Assembly: GCA_028279865.1 (NCBI GenBank)
Contig: JANQMV010000010.1
Coordinates: forward strand, 3,630-67,629
Source of the DNA: Candidatus Altimarinota bacterium
GTDB lineage: Bacteria > Patescibacteriota > Gracilibacteria > JANQMV01
Direction of reading: 5' to 3'
Length of the DNA stretch: 64,000 nt
The first letter of the stretch is position 1. Every line of letters begins with the position of its first letter. Under the pieces are notes generated by a model. It did not search any database, was not told the origin of the DNA, and worked only from the letters and a program-made list of their open reading frames with translations. Of this stretch, positions 41,017 through 52,402 are shown piece by piece. A program made the position numbers and the translations under genes.

Positions 41017-41538
41017 TTATGCACTCCATTCGTGGCTATGTATATATGCTTTTGCACCAACCAATCCACCATAAGCAACAATTTCAATACCTGCTTCGCG
41101 CATGATTTGCAGGACGTTTTAGAGTTCTTCTTTCCATTTATCATCGGTGCGCTCAACCATTTGTTTGTGGATGACTAAGTGTTGTTTAATTCCGGAAGTA
41201 ATAATTGCATTTGCACATTGGATAAAAGGCAGCCAAGGCATGACCATAGTCAATCCGTCTGTTTTAATTCCTTTCCGAGCAGCTTTATAAAGTAAATTTC
41301 TCTCTGCATGATTTAAGTAAAAATGTTTTTCTTTGCCTTGAAAACGTTCTTTTTTTTCTGTAACTCCCGGAGGTAAAATATTAACTCCACCTAAAATAAC
41401 TGTGTTACTTGTTGATTAACAAAGCTGCATTGTGAGTAGAAGGATGATGGCTTTTTTTGGAAAATTCATAACATTACTTGAACCATTTCTTGTATTATCA
41501 TCCTTTGAAGATTTGATGTTGAGTGCTTCTGTATCCAT
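41017..41538 (-). pseudogene. Decayed dCMP/cytidine deaminase (ComEB-like) gene
   Basis: The minus-strand frame reads ...VILGGVNILPPG...HAERNLLYKAARKGIKTDGLTMVMPWLPFIQCANAIITSGIKQHLV...MREAGIEIV. In-frame TAA at 41418-41416 and 41121-41119. The PCxxC zinc motif has degraded to PFIQC. No usable start codon. Confidence 0.55.
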
Positions 41539-41540
41539 AA

Positions 41541-42164
41541 CTACCTTAAACTTGCAACGGCTTTTTTCCGATCTTCTGCTCCAAAAATATATGAACCTGC
41601 GACAAGCCAGTTTGCACCCGCCTCCTTGGCAATTTTTGCTGTCTCTCCATTGATTCCTCCGTCAATTTGAATGTCAATGTCGGGTCTGGCTTCACGAATC
41701 TTTCTGATTTTTCCAACAACTTCAGGAATAAATTTCTGACCACCGAATCCGGGAAAAACAGACATGATCAAAACATAATCAAGTTCATTCAAAATATTTT
41801 CAATAGCTTCGAATTCAGTATCCGGATTAAGTGCAATGCCGGCTTTCATGCCGTTGTCTTTAATTTTTTGAATAATTTCCAATGGATTATCAGTAACTTC
41901 TATATGAAAAGAAAGCATCACTGCTCCGGCTTTGGCAAAGTCTTCGATTAAGTCCTCAGGATTGGTTACCATCAGATGAGCATCAACGGGTAATTTGGTT
42001 TTCAGGCATTTTAACACCGGAGCACCAACTGTAAGGTTTGGCACAAAGTGTCCGTCCATTACATCGAAATGAATCCCATCAATATGTTCCTCCACTGATA
42101 CAATATCCTCATCCAGTTTCCCAAAATCAGCAGCGAGGATGGATGGTTGAATCTTAATTTTCAT
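41541..42164 (-). CDS. rpe: Ribulose-phosphate 3-epimerase
   Basis: KIQPSILAADF...HFDVMDGHFVPNLT...DGGIN, the canonical Rpe sequence. Confidence 0.9.
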   Translation of the reverse strand: MKIKIQPSILAADFGKLDEDIVSVEEHIDGIHFDVMDGHFVPNLTVGAPVLKCLKTKLPVDAHLMVTNPEDLIEDFAKAGAVMLSFHIEVTDNPLEIIQKIKDNGMKAGIALNPDTEFEAIENILNELDYVLIMSVFPGFGGQKFIPEVVGKIRKIREARPDIDIQIDGGINGETAKIAKEAGANWLVAGSYIFGAEDRKKAVASLR

Positions 42165-42196
42165 AGTTTTTAAGCTTTAAAAGAAAAAGGGCATGT

Positions 42197-42231
42197 TATT
42201 CTGAACGTAGTCTACGAAGTGAAGAATCTCT
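42197..42231 (-). repeat. Short hairpin repeat, subfamily GAGATTCTTCACT...TTCAGAAT
   Basis: The reverse complement reads GAGATTCTTCACT-TCGTAGACTACG-TTCAGAATAAC. Its termini match the copy at 49184-49227. Confidence 0.55.
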
Positions 42232-42286
42232 GGCAGTCCGTGTTGGAAATCCTTCTTCGTCGTACCTCCAAATTTTCATTGTTTAT

Positions 42287-42733
42287 CTAGCATTCACTTC
42301 CCGATCCGTTAATTACACAAATTCTGCGTTCATGCCTTTCTGCATTTGAAAACGGTGTAGAAACGAAAGCATCTGTAATTGATTTAGCTAACTCTGCTCC
42401 AATAATTCTTCCACCCATGACAAGTACATTTGCATCATTATGTTCTCTGGTAAGTTTTGCTTCGATTTCCGTATGACAGAGACCTGCTCTGATTCCTTTG
42501 ATTTTGTTGGCCATCATCGACATTCCAATTCCTGTTCCACAGATCAAAATTCCTAAATTTTCTTTAGCTTCAAGTGTGGCTTTACAAACGTCTTGAGCAA
42601 TTTGAGGGTAATCTACAGAATCTTTTGAATAACAACCTTTGTCCTCCACGGTTAAACCTTTGTCTTCCAAATATTTTTTCAAGCTTTCCTTAAGCTCAAA
42701 TCCGCCGTGATCAGCACCGATGATAATCCGCAT
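42287..42733 (-). CDS. rpiB: Ribose-5-phosphate isomerase B
   Basis: MRIIIGADHGGFELKE...ICGTGIGMSMMANK. Confidence 0.9.
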   Translation of the reverse strand: MRIIIGADHGGFELKESLKKYLEDKGLTVEDKGCYSKDSVDYPQIAQDVCKATLEAKENLGILICGTGIGMSMMANKIKGIRAGLCHTEIEAKLTREHNDANVLVMGGRIIGAELAKSITDAFVSTPFSNAERHERRICVINGSGSEC

Positions 42734-42765
42734 GGTAATTTATAATTTAAAATCTATTTTATATT

Positions 42766-42838
42766 CCTCACCTTTAGAAGTGAGTTAGGTGGAATGTGCC
42801 TAAATTAAAGATCTTCACCCCAACCTATCCTTGCTAAG
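42766..42838. repeat. Palindromic intergenic element (hairpin+TTAGGTGG ... CACCCCAACCT+hairpin)
   Basis: CTCACctttagaaGTGAG-TTAGGTGG, then CACCCCAACCT in inverted orientation. Same architecture as 56270-56348. Confidence 0.45.
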
Positions 42839-42849
42839 AGTAATTAATA

Positions 42850-44355
<1,506 letters not shown>

Positions 44356-44565
44356 TTATGAAAATCAATAAATATAGTTTTTGTCATGTTATCAAAGAAT
44401 TAAGTTAAAGACAAATTATTTTTTTGCAAATAATCTGTTTGATTTGTAATTAGTTTTTGTTAAACTCTTTTCCTAAGTTTTTATTTTAGTTCGCGAACTT
44501 GCTGAGCTAGAGTTAGCTTAGTAGGTTCCTTAACAGTATGATTTTTAAATTAGAGGAGGTATTGA

Positions 44566-44895
44566 ATGAAATTTAAGAAACTTGATCCTGGAAACTATGG
44601 ATCACAAATGCTTGACCCAAATGTTCCGGCACTTTTATTTATCAGAAATTCTACATGTAATGGAGTAAAGGCTATGTTGAATTTCTTAACGTCAACTTTT
44701 GTGAGTGAAGAATTTGGATCTATTTTATTGTTTGAAGTTGATGCTGATGACAAGGCTTATCTTGAATTTTTGAAAGATCAAAAAATTACTCATGTACCAA
44801 CAATTATTCTTTATAACGAAAGTTCTGAGATAGAAAGAATTGTTGGAGTTGTAACGATTGAAAGAATTAAGAAGTTTTTGAGACAAGTTTTTTAA
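44566..44895 (+). CDS. Thioredoxin-fold protein lacking a CxxC active site
   Basis: SD GGAGG. The C-terminal HVPTIILYNESSEIERIVG pattern is Trx-like. The active-site position reads STCNGV. Confidence 0.5.
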   Translation: MKFKKLDPGNYGSQMLDPNVPALLFIRNSTCNGVKAMLNFLTSTFVSEEFGSILLFEVDADDKAYLEFLKDQKITHVPTIILYNESSEIERIVGVVTIERIKKFLRQVF

Positions 44896-45011
44896 GATAA
44901 GTCCATTATACCAGCTTTTGTAGATTCTAAAAGCTTTTTAGCGCCTGACAAAAAACTATTGCTGATTATCCCAAAAGATTAAAAAATCTTACTTAAGTTA
45001 TGGATTTTTCT

Positions 45012-45046
45012 GGGGCAGGTCTGTATGACTGCCCCTCGTTTTTTGT
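45012..45046 (+). terminator. Rho-independent terminator
   Basis: GGGGCAG / CTGCCCC stem followed by TCGTTTTTTG. Confidence 0.6.
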
Positions 45047-45063
45047 TGTGCTTAATACTTGAT

Positions 45064-45435
45064 TTACAAAAGACCGAGTTTTTTCATTTCTTCATTAGGA
45101 TCCCAGACTTTTCCAGTGTCTTCATCTCGAAGCAAAGGTGCAAGTATTTTATTTTCTGGTATAATTTTTTTCATATAAGCAATTTCGTCAATGGAAGGAT
45201 TTCTTTGAAAAGTATCTCTAAAGCTAGACTCTAAGTCCTTTTGGCTTGGATAAAGAGTCTTTTCATAGCGAGTCACACAATCTCGGTTCCATTCTCCTGC
45301 TCTTTGACGAACTACTTTATCCACAACTTGCGCATATCCTTCATGCTGCAAGGGCATTTTGTCTATTTCAATTAATGTTGGTTCAATATCGTTTGTCATA
45401 CAGAAAGAATTGTAATAGTTTTTAAATTCTCGCAT
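45064..45435 (-). CDS. Hypothetical protein
   Basis: 123-aa ORF with non-repetitive composition and a TAA stop. No family recognised. Confidence 0.4.
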   Translation of the reverse strand: MREFKNYYNSFCMTNDIEPTLIEIDKMPLQHEGYAQVVDKVVRQRAGEWNRDCVTRYEKTLYPSQKDLESSFRDTFQRNPSIDEIAYMKKIIPENKILAPLLRDEDTGKVWDPNEEMKKLGLL

Positions 45436-45577
45436 TTATATTGTAAAATAGAAAGTAAAATTTTTCTAAAACTACAACAAAATTAATTATTGAACAAGTA
45501 AAAAGTATGACAATTTTGTTTTCTTGCTGATAAAACTAATCAGCTGTAAACTTTTCTCAGACTAAAAAAATACGAAA

Positions 45578-47026
45578 ATGAAAATTCATTTTATTGGAAT
45601 CGGGGGAATTGGGATTTCTGCTTTGGCGCGGATTTTTCGGGAAAGGGGGGATGAGGTGAGTGGTTCTGATGCGTCTAAATCTGCTTTGACGGATGATTTG
45701 GAAAAAATCGGAATAAAAGTTTTTGAAGGACATGCCGCAGAAAATGTACCTGATGATGTAGATAAAGTTATCTATACCGAAGCTATTCCAAAAAACAATC
45801 CTGAATACCAAAAATCGGAAAAGCTAGGTGTTCCTTTTTTGACTTATTTTCAGGCTTTAGGAGAATTTAGCAATGAATATCGTGTAATTGCAATTGCAGG
45901 AACACATGGAAAAACAACAACAACCGCAATGACTGCACTTGCTTTAATTGAAGGAGAAATTGATCCAAACGTAATTATCGGAACCAAAGTCGCCGAGTTT
46001 GAAAATCGAAATGTGAGAATCGGAAAAAGTGATTATTTAGTCGTAGAATCTTGTGAGTACCGAGAATCTTTTTTGAATTTAACACCACAAATTTTAGTGA
46101 TCACAAATATCGAAGCTGAGCATTTGGATTATTACAAAACCGAAGAAAATTATTTAAATGCGTTTAAAAAACTTTGTCAGAAAGTACCGAGAAGCGGATA
46201 TATAGTGACAATTGATGGGGATGAAAATGTGGATAAAGTTGTGGCGGGAGTGGAGGCGAATGTGCTTAAAGTACAAATTAAAAATGAAAAATTAAAAATT
46301 ATAAATGAACAAAAAATGCTGACTCAAGCAAACTTGGCGGAAGATTTCTCCACTGCACCCCGTACTAATTTAAATTCTGAGGATCGGGATTTCGGTCGAA
46401 ATGACGCAACTAAAAATATATTGAATCAGCATTCCAAACAACCAACTACTAACTACCAACTACCAACTCTTCAGGTTCCGGGAGAGCATTATAAGATTGA
46501 TGCAGCTTTGGCGATGGCTGTGGTAACTTTGAGTGGGGTGGAGGAGGAAGTTTTGAAGAAAGCGTTGGCGAGTTTTAAAGGAACGTGGAGACGCTTTGAA
46601 CGAAAAGGGGAGAAATATGGAGTACTTGTGATTGATGATTATGCGCATCATCCGACCGAAATTCAGGCGACTTTGCGTGGGGCACGTGAGATGTTTGATG
46701 AAAAGAAAATTATCTGTGTTTTTCAACCTCATCAATACTCTCGTACACGCTTGTTGTTCAATAATTTTGTTCATTCTTTTGTTGATTGTGATGAGGTAAT
46801 CATCCCAAACATCTATAAAGTTCGTGATACAGAAGAGGATGTAAAAGCAGTTAACGCTGCAATGCTCGTCAACGCTATTGACGACTATAGTGGAAATGCC
46901 ACTTTTGGAGACGGATTTGAAAATACCGTTAAATTGCTGGAAGAAAAACTCCAAGCCGGAGATGTGTTGATTACAATGGGAGCCGGGCCGGTGAATGAAG
47001 TGGGGGAAATGTATTTGGAAAGCTAG
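45578..47026 (+). CDS. murC: UDP-N-acetylmuramate--L-alanine ligase carrying an in-frame repeat insertion
   Basis: MKIHFIGIGGIGISALA, GTHGKTTTT, ESCEY, VPGEHYKIDAALA and DDYAHHPTE. About 65 extra codons (46271-46468) are made of repeat modules. Confidence 0.9.
   Translation: MKIHFIGIGGIGISALARIFRERGDEVSGSDASKSALTDDLEKIGIKVFEGHAAENVPDDVDKVIYTEAIPKNNPEYQKSEKLGVPFLTYFQALGEFSNEYRVIAIAGTHGKTTTTAMTALALIEGEIDPNVIIGTKVAEFENRNVRIGKSDYLVVESCEYRESFLNLTPQILVITNIEAEHLDYYKTEENYLNAFKKLCQKVPRSGYIVTIDGDENVDKVVAGVEANVLKVQIKNEKLKIINEQKMLTQANLAEDFSTAPRTNLNSEDRDFGRNDATKNILNQHSKQPTTNYQLPTLQVPGEHYKIDAALAMAVVTLSGVEEEVLKKALASFKGTWRRFERKGEKYGVLVIDDYAHHPTEIQATLRGAREMFDEKKIICVFQPHQYSRTRLLFNNFVHSFVDCDEVIIPNIYKVRDTEEDVKAVNAAMLVNAIDDYSGNATFGDGFENTVKLLEEKLQAGDVLITMGAGPVNEVGEMYLES
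46275..46407 (+). repeat. Repeat modules inside murC
   Basis: 46275-46299 (AAATTAAAAATGAAAAATTAAAAAT) is identical to 52203-52227. 46340-46407 has termini AAGATTTCTCCACT ... CGGTCGAAATGACGC, shared with 49231-49291 and 51680-51744. Confidence 0.8.
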
Positions 47027-47226
47027 TTTATAGCTTTCATCGCGGCTTTTCTGGAATCTGTCTTTGGATTAATTTGGGCATGACGTTTATTTCACAAGAG
47101 GTATAAAAAGATTACGCATCAAGTGTGGAATGACAGAAACACATTGCATCTAAAAGAGAAAAACGTTACTTTTTTCAAATTTTAGCGTAATCTAATTTAG
47201 TAATAATTTTCTAATCTATTTTTAAA

Positions 47227-47613
47227 ATGAAAAAAACAAACTTTTTTTTATCGCTTGCTCTGATGCTGATTTTTTTAAGTGCTTGTAATGATCCTGTTAA
47301 TCTTGAAAATAAAATTACTACTTTTCAGGAGTGTGTTCAGCAAGGTGGAAATATCGCAGAAAGTTATCCTCGACAATGTATTTTAAACGGAGAAACATAC
47401 GTAGAAGAAATTTCAGAAAATTATCAGACACTTTGCGAAAATTTAGATGGAACTTGGTTAGAAGAATCTCAAGAATGTGAAAATATTTCTCAAGAAGAAT
47501 GTGAAAATATTGTTGGGACTTTTGATGGGTGTGCTTCAGCATGTAGAAATGATCCGAACGCAATGATGTGTATTCAGGTTTGCGTTCCAGTCTGTAGTTT
47601 TAAAACAGAATAA
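47227..47613 (+). CDS. Small Cys-rich lipoprotein
   Basis: Lipobox FLSAC. 12 further Cys in 108 aa. Confidence 0.55.
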   Translation: MKKTNFFLSLALMLIFLSACNDPVNLENKITTFQECVQQGGNIAESYPRQCILNGETYVEEISENYQTLCENLDGTWLEESQECENISQEECENIVGTFDGCASACRNDPNAMMCIQVCVPVCSFKTE

Positions 47614-47694
47614 ATCAATTAATCTAATATACAAAAAGATATAATATTGTTTTAAACAGGGAAAAATGTTAGATTACTGCCCCAAATTATTTAA

Positions 47695-49053
<1,359 letters not shown>

Positions 49054-49112
49054 TCACCCGTGGGCGGGTAACTTGCACTAAAAAATAATAAATTATAAAT
49101 TACCAAAAGGAT

Positions 49113-49291
49113 TGTCATTCTGAGGAATTATCCTTTAAAAAATATAAAAGAGAATGACAAAGAATCTCTTTTGGATAGAGACAGAGATTCTTCACTGCTC
49201 CCGCAAACGGGATTCCTTCAGGATGACAAGAAAGATTTCTCCACTATATCATTCTTCGTTATACTACGAATGCTTCCGGTCGAAATGACGC
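49113..49291. repeat. Cluster of three short hairpin repeats in the obg-pth spacer
   Basis: 49113-49168 is in reverse orientation (GAGATTCTT...TCAGAATGAC). 49184-49227 reads GAGATTCTTCACT...TTCAGGATGAC. 49231-49291 reads AAGATTTCTCCACT...CGGTCGAAATGACGC. Confidence 0.75.
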
Positions 49292-49334
49292 TGTTCGACT
49301 AGGAACTAACGTCTAGTGGCTAATAGCTTCTCTT

Positions 49335-49865
49335 ATGAAATTAATTTTCGGTTTAGGAAATCTGGGGACAAAGTATGAAATTACACGCCATAATGTGGGG
49401 TTTTTGTTTTTGAATTATTTTGCGCAGAAATTTGATTTTCCAACTTCCAAGACAGAGTCAAAATTTAAGGCGGAAATTTCGGAGGGGAATTTGAATGGTG
49501 AGAAGGTTTTATTAATCAAGCCTTTGACGTATATGAATTTATCCGGAGAGTCTGTTCAGAAAATTCAGAGTTTTTATAAAGTGGCGAAAGAGGACATGAT
49601 TTTTGTTTATGATGATAAGGATATGGAGTTTGGAAAAATTCGTTTTCGGGAAGAGGGGAGTAGTGGCGGTCACAATGGGGTGAAGTCTTTGATTTCAGTT
49701 TTGGGAAAAGAATTTAAGAGAATTAAAATTGGTGTGGCAAATGATGATTTGCCAAAATACAGAGATACGGCAGATTTCGTTTTGGCGAAGTTTAAGAAGG
49801 AGGAATTGGATGAATTGCCGTTTGTTTTTGAAGATGCTTTGGAAATTATAAATGAGAAATTATAA
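49335..49865 (+). CDS. pth: Peptidyl-tRNA hydrolase
   Basis: LIFGLGNLGTKYEITRHNVGF...GGHNGVKS. Confidence 0.9.
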   Translation: MKLIFGLGNLGTKYEITRHNVGFLFLNYFAQKFDFPTSKTESKFKAEISEGNLNGEKVLLIKPLTYMNLSGESVQKIQSFYKVAKEDMIFVYDDKDMEFGKIRFREEGSSGGHNGVKSLISVLGKEFKRIKIGVANDDLPKYRDTADFVLAKFKKEELDELPFVFEDALEIINEKL

Positions 49866-49876
49866 ATTATTTTGAG

Positions 49877-50491
49877 ATGGCAAAGTCTTTAATTGTTTCG
49901 GTTGATGAATGTAAAAAGTATTTTCCGAAATATAACCCAAAGCATGCGGAAAAATATCATAAAGATTCTGCGAAATTGGCAGATAAGTGGTTTGAATACG
50001 CTGTAAAATTTATTCCTACTAAAGTTGTTTTATTAGCAGGAGGTTCTGCGTCTGGTAAAACTGAATATTTATCTCAACTTGTGCAGAAAATTAAAGAAGG
50101 GGGAATTTTTTACGATGGAACTTTGCCAAGTTACAAAGGAGCAGAAATAAAAATTAAAAATACCTTAAAATTTAACAGAAACCTTGAAATTCATTTTGTT
50201 CTTCCTGATGATATTAGGCGGGCTTATGTCGGTTTTTTGGAGAGAGAAAGGCAGTTTGATATTTCTCATTTTTATAGGACACATATTGATTCTCGCAAAA
50301 CAATTCTGGAAATTTGTAAAAGTGATTTTGAGGTAACTGTTAGGATTTTTGAAAACAAATTTTCAAAAACGGGAAAAACTATGTTTTTTGAAGAAATTGA
50401 GTTTTTTTCAAAAAAATCTAAAATTGATTATTTGGAGTCAATTCAATATAATGAAAGCACTTTAAAGGATATTATTTTATTTAATGATTAA
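49877..50491 (+). CDS. P-loop kinase/NTPase, zeta-toxin-like (tentative)
   Basis: Walker A VLLAGGSASGKTEYL about 55 aa from the N-terminus. Size and layout resemble zeta/AAA_33-type small kinases. Confidence 0.45.
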   Translation: MAKSLIVSVDECKKYFPKYNPKHAEKYHKDSAKLADKWFEYAVKFIPTKVVLLAGGSASGKTEYLSQLVQKIKEGGIFYDGTLPSYKGAEIKIKNTLKFNRNLEIHFVLPDDIRRAYVGFLERERQFDISHFYRTHIDSRKTILEICKSDFEVTVRIFENKFSKTGKTMFFEEIEFFSKKSKIDYLESIQYNESTLKDIILFND

Positions 50492-50759
50492 GAGGATTAG
50501 ATTAAAAGCATCAGTAAAAAACAACAAGCAGGTTGCTGCCTATAGCAAGGCTGTGCGTTCAGGTGCAAAAATTCAACATGTTGTTCCAAAAGATAAAAGT
50601 TGGGTGGTGAAAAGCACTAGCTCAATAAAAGCAACCAGAATATTTAATACTCAAAAGGAGGCTATTGATTATGGTAAAAAGGTGGCGAAAAATAACAAAA
50701 CGGATGTTATTGTTTATGGAAGAAATGGAAAAATCAGAGAAAGGACATCTTATAAATAA
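50484..50759 (+). CDS. DUF2188-family protein
   Basis: HVVPKDKSWVVKSTSSIKATRIFNTQKEAIDYGKKVAKNNKTDVIVYGRNGKIRE matches the DUF2188 pattern. Its start overlaps the upstream stop (ATGATTAA). Confidence 0.6.
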   Translation: MIKRIRLKASVKNNKQVAAYSKAVRSGAKIQHVVPKDKSWVVKSTSSIKATRIFNTQKEAIDYGKKVAKNNKTDVIVYGRNGKIRERTSYK

Positions 50760-50761
50760 AA

Positions 50762-52402
50762 TTGTTTCCCCAAGGATTTCTAGATAAATACCAGGCGCAA
50801 CTTTCGAAGGCTGATTTTGATCAGTTTCTTGAGTTTTGCCAAAAACCTTTGCGTAAAAGTATTCGAGTTAATACTTTGAAAATTTCAGTGGAAGATTTTC
50901 AAAAAATTGCTGAGGAAAAAGGTTGGGAATTAGAGCCGATTCCTTGGTGCGAAGAAGGCTTTTGGATTGAGCGTGAGAATCGGGATGAGCCACTGGGAAA
51001 TTCAATTGAGCATTTTTTGGGACTGTTTTATATCCAGGAAGCTTCTTCGATGATTCCACCGGAAATTCTAAATCCTCAGCTTGGAGAAAGAGTCTTGGAC
51101 ATGGCAGCTGCTCCGGGAAGTAAGACAACCCAACTTGCTGCCAAAATGCAGAATGAAGGAGTGTTGGCTTCAAATGAGCCGGTGGTGAAAAGGATAAAAG
51201 GCATGGTTTCAAACCTTGAAAGGTTAGGTGCAAGTTGCGTTGTGGTAAGTCGCAAAGATGGTCAGTTTTTCGGAGAAAATACACCTAATTTTTTTGATAA
51301 AATTTTACTTGATGCTCCATGTACTGGGGAGGGGACTGTGCGTAAAGATCCGAAGGCTCTTGAAAACTGGAGTCAGGAAAATATTGAGGGAATGGCACGT
51401 TTGCAGAAACAATTAATCAAGTCCGCTTTTGAAGCCTTGAAACCGGGAGGAGTGATGGTTTATTCGACGTGTACTTTGGCGAGAGAAGAGAATGAAGAGG
51501 TGGTGGAGTATTTGTTGGAAGAGTTTGAGGGGAATGCGGAATTGGTGCCTTTTTCTTTAAAGCCCCCTTTGAGGGGGGTGGGGGGTGTTGAGGATGGCGA
51601 AGTTCAAAGTGAAGAAAATTTCGTCATTCTGGCTTCTAGCGCAGCAAGAAAAAGTCCAGAATCTAAATCTCAAGTTGAGGAAGATTTCTCCACTACTCCC
51701 GCACAAGATAATTTAAAAGGAGCGGGATTCGGTCGAAATGACGCAGTATGTGGAATGATGACTATTTGGCCGCAGCTTTTTGATAGTGAGGGTTTTTTTG
51801 TGGCAAAAATTCGTAAGAACGAAAAAACAGAATTTAAAAAATTGAAAAAGAAAAAACATTTTACTTCTAAGTATCGGGTGCTGCGGAATAATGAGGTGGA
51901 GTTGATTCAGGAATATTTGGAGGAGCGTTTTGCTTATACTAGGAAATTGGTGAATCTCTTTAAACTTTATCAAAAGGAAAATCAGGTTTACTTTTGTCCG
52001 AAAGAAATTCGGGAAATTGATAAAAGAATTTATTTGGAAAGACGTGGTTTTCATGTTGGTGAATTTTTACACAAAAGAAGTGGGATCACAGAGTTTAAAA
52101 TCCATCATTTGGGGATAACGATTTTGGGAGATAAATTTACAAAAAATATTTTAAAATTAAGAGAAGGCGAGGTTAAAAAGTATCTTAAGGGGGAAAGTAT
52201 TGAAATTAAAAATGAAAAATTAAAAATGAAAAATGGGAGAACCCCCTTGAGGGGGCAGGGGGGTGTTGTTGATGATGAAGTTCAAAGTGATAATTTGAGT
52301 AATGGTGTTGTTGTTTTGAAATACAGAGGTGTTGTTTTGGGGAAAGGTTTGTTGAAGGGGGAGAATGTTAAGAATCAAATTCCGCGTTATTTGATTTGGT
52401 AG
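50762..52402 (+). CDS. rsmF: NOL1/NOP2/Sun-family rRNA m5C methyltransferase (RsmF/YebU-like) carrying two in-frame repeat insertions
   Basis: TTG start. FYIQEASSMIP, DMAAAPGSKTTQLA, LLDAPCTGEGTVRKDP, YSTCT and EGFFVAKIRK. Extra segments at about 51551-51750 and 52203-52290. Confidence 0.8.
   Translation: MFPQGFLDKYQAQLSKADFDQFLEFCQKPLRKSIRVNTLKISVEDFQKIAEEKGWELEPIPWCEEGFWIERENRDEPLGNSIEHFLGLFYIQEASSMIPPEILNPQLGERVLDMAAAPGSKTTQLAAKMQNEGVLASNEPVVKRIKGMVSNLERLGASCVVVSRKDGQFFGENTPNFFDKILLDAPCTGEGTVRKDPKALENWSQENIEGMARLQKQLIKSAFEALKPGGVMVYSTCTLAREENEEVVEYLLEEFEGNAELVPFSLKPPLRGVGGVEDGEVQSEENFVILASSAARKSPESKSQVEEDFSTTPAQDNLKGAGFGRNDAVCGMMTIWPQLFDSEGFFVAKIRKNEKTEFKKLKKKKHFTSKYRVLRNNEVELIQEYLEERFAYTRKLVNLFKLYQKENQVYFCPKEIREIDKRIYLERRGFHVGEFLHKRSGITEFKIHHLGITILGDKFTKNILKLREGEVKKYLKGESIEIKNEKLKMKNGRTPLRGQGGVVDDEVQSDNLSNGVVVLKYRGVVLGKGLLKGENVKNQIPRYLIW
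51563..51744 (+). repeat. Three repeat modules inside the rsmF-like gene
   Basis: 51563-51612 (CCCCCTTTGAGGGGGGTGGGGGGTGTTG...GAAGTTCAAAGTGA) is about 85% identical to 52242-52290. 51623-51663 is GTCATTCTGG...CCAGAATC. 51680-51744 is AAGATTTCTCCACT...CGGTCGAAATGACGC. Confidence 0.8.
52203..52290 (+). repeat. Second repeat insertion inside the rsmF-like gene
   Basis: A 25-nt exact match to murC 46275-46299, followed by a second copy of the CCCCCTTGAGGGGG-CAGGGGGGTGTTG module. Confidence 0.8.
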
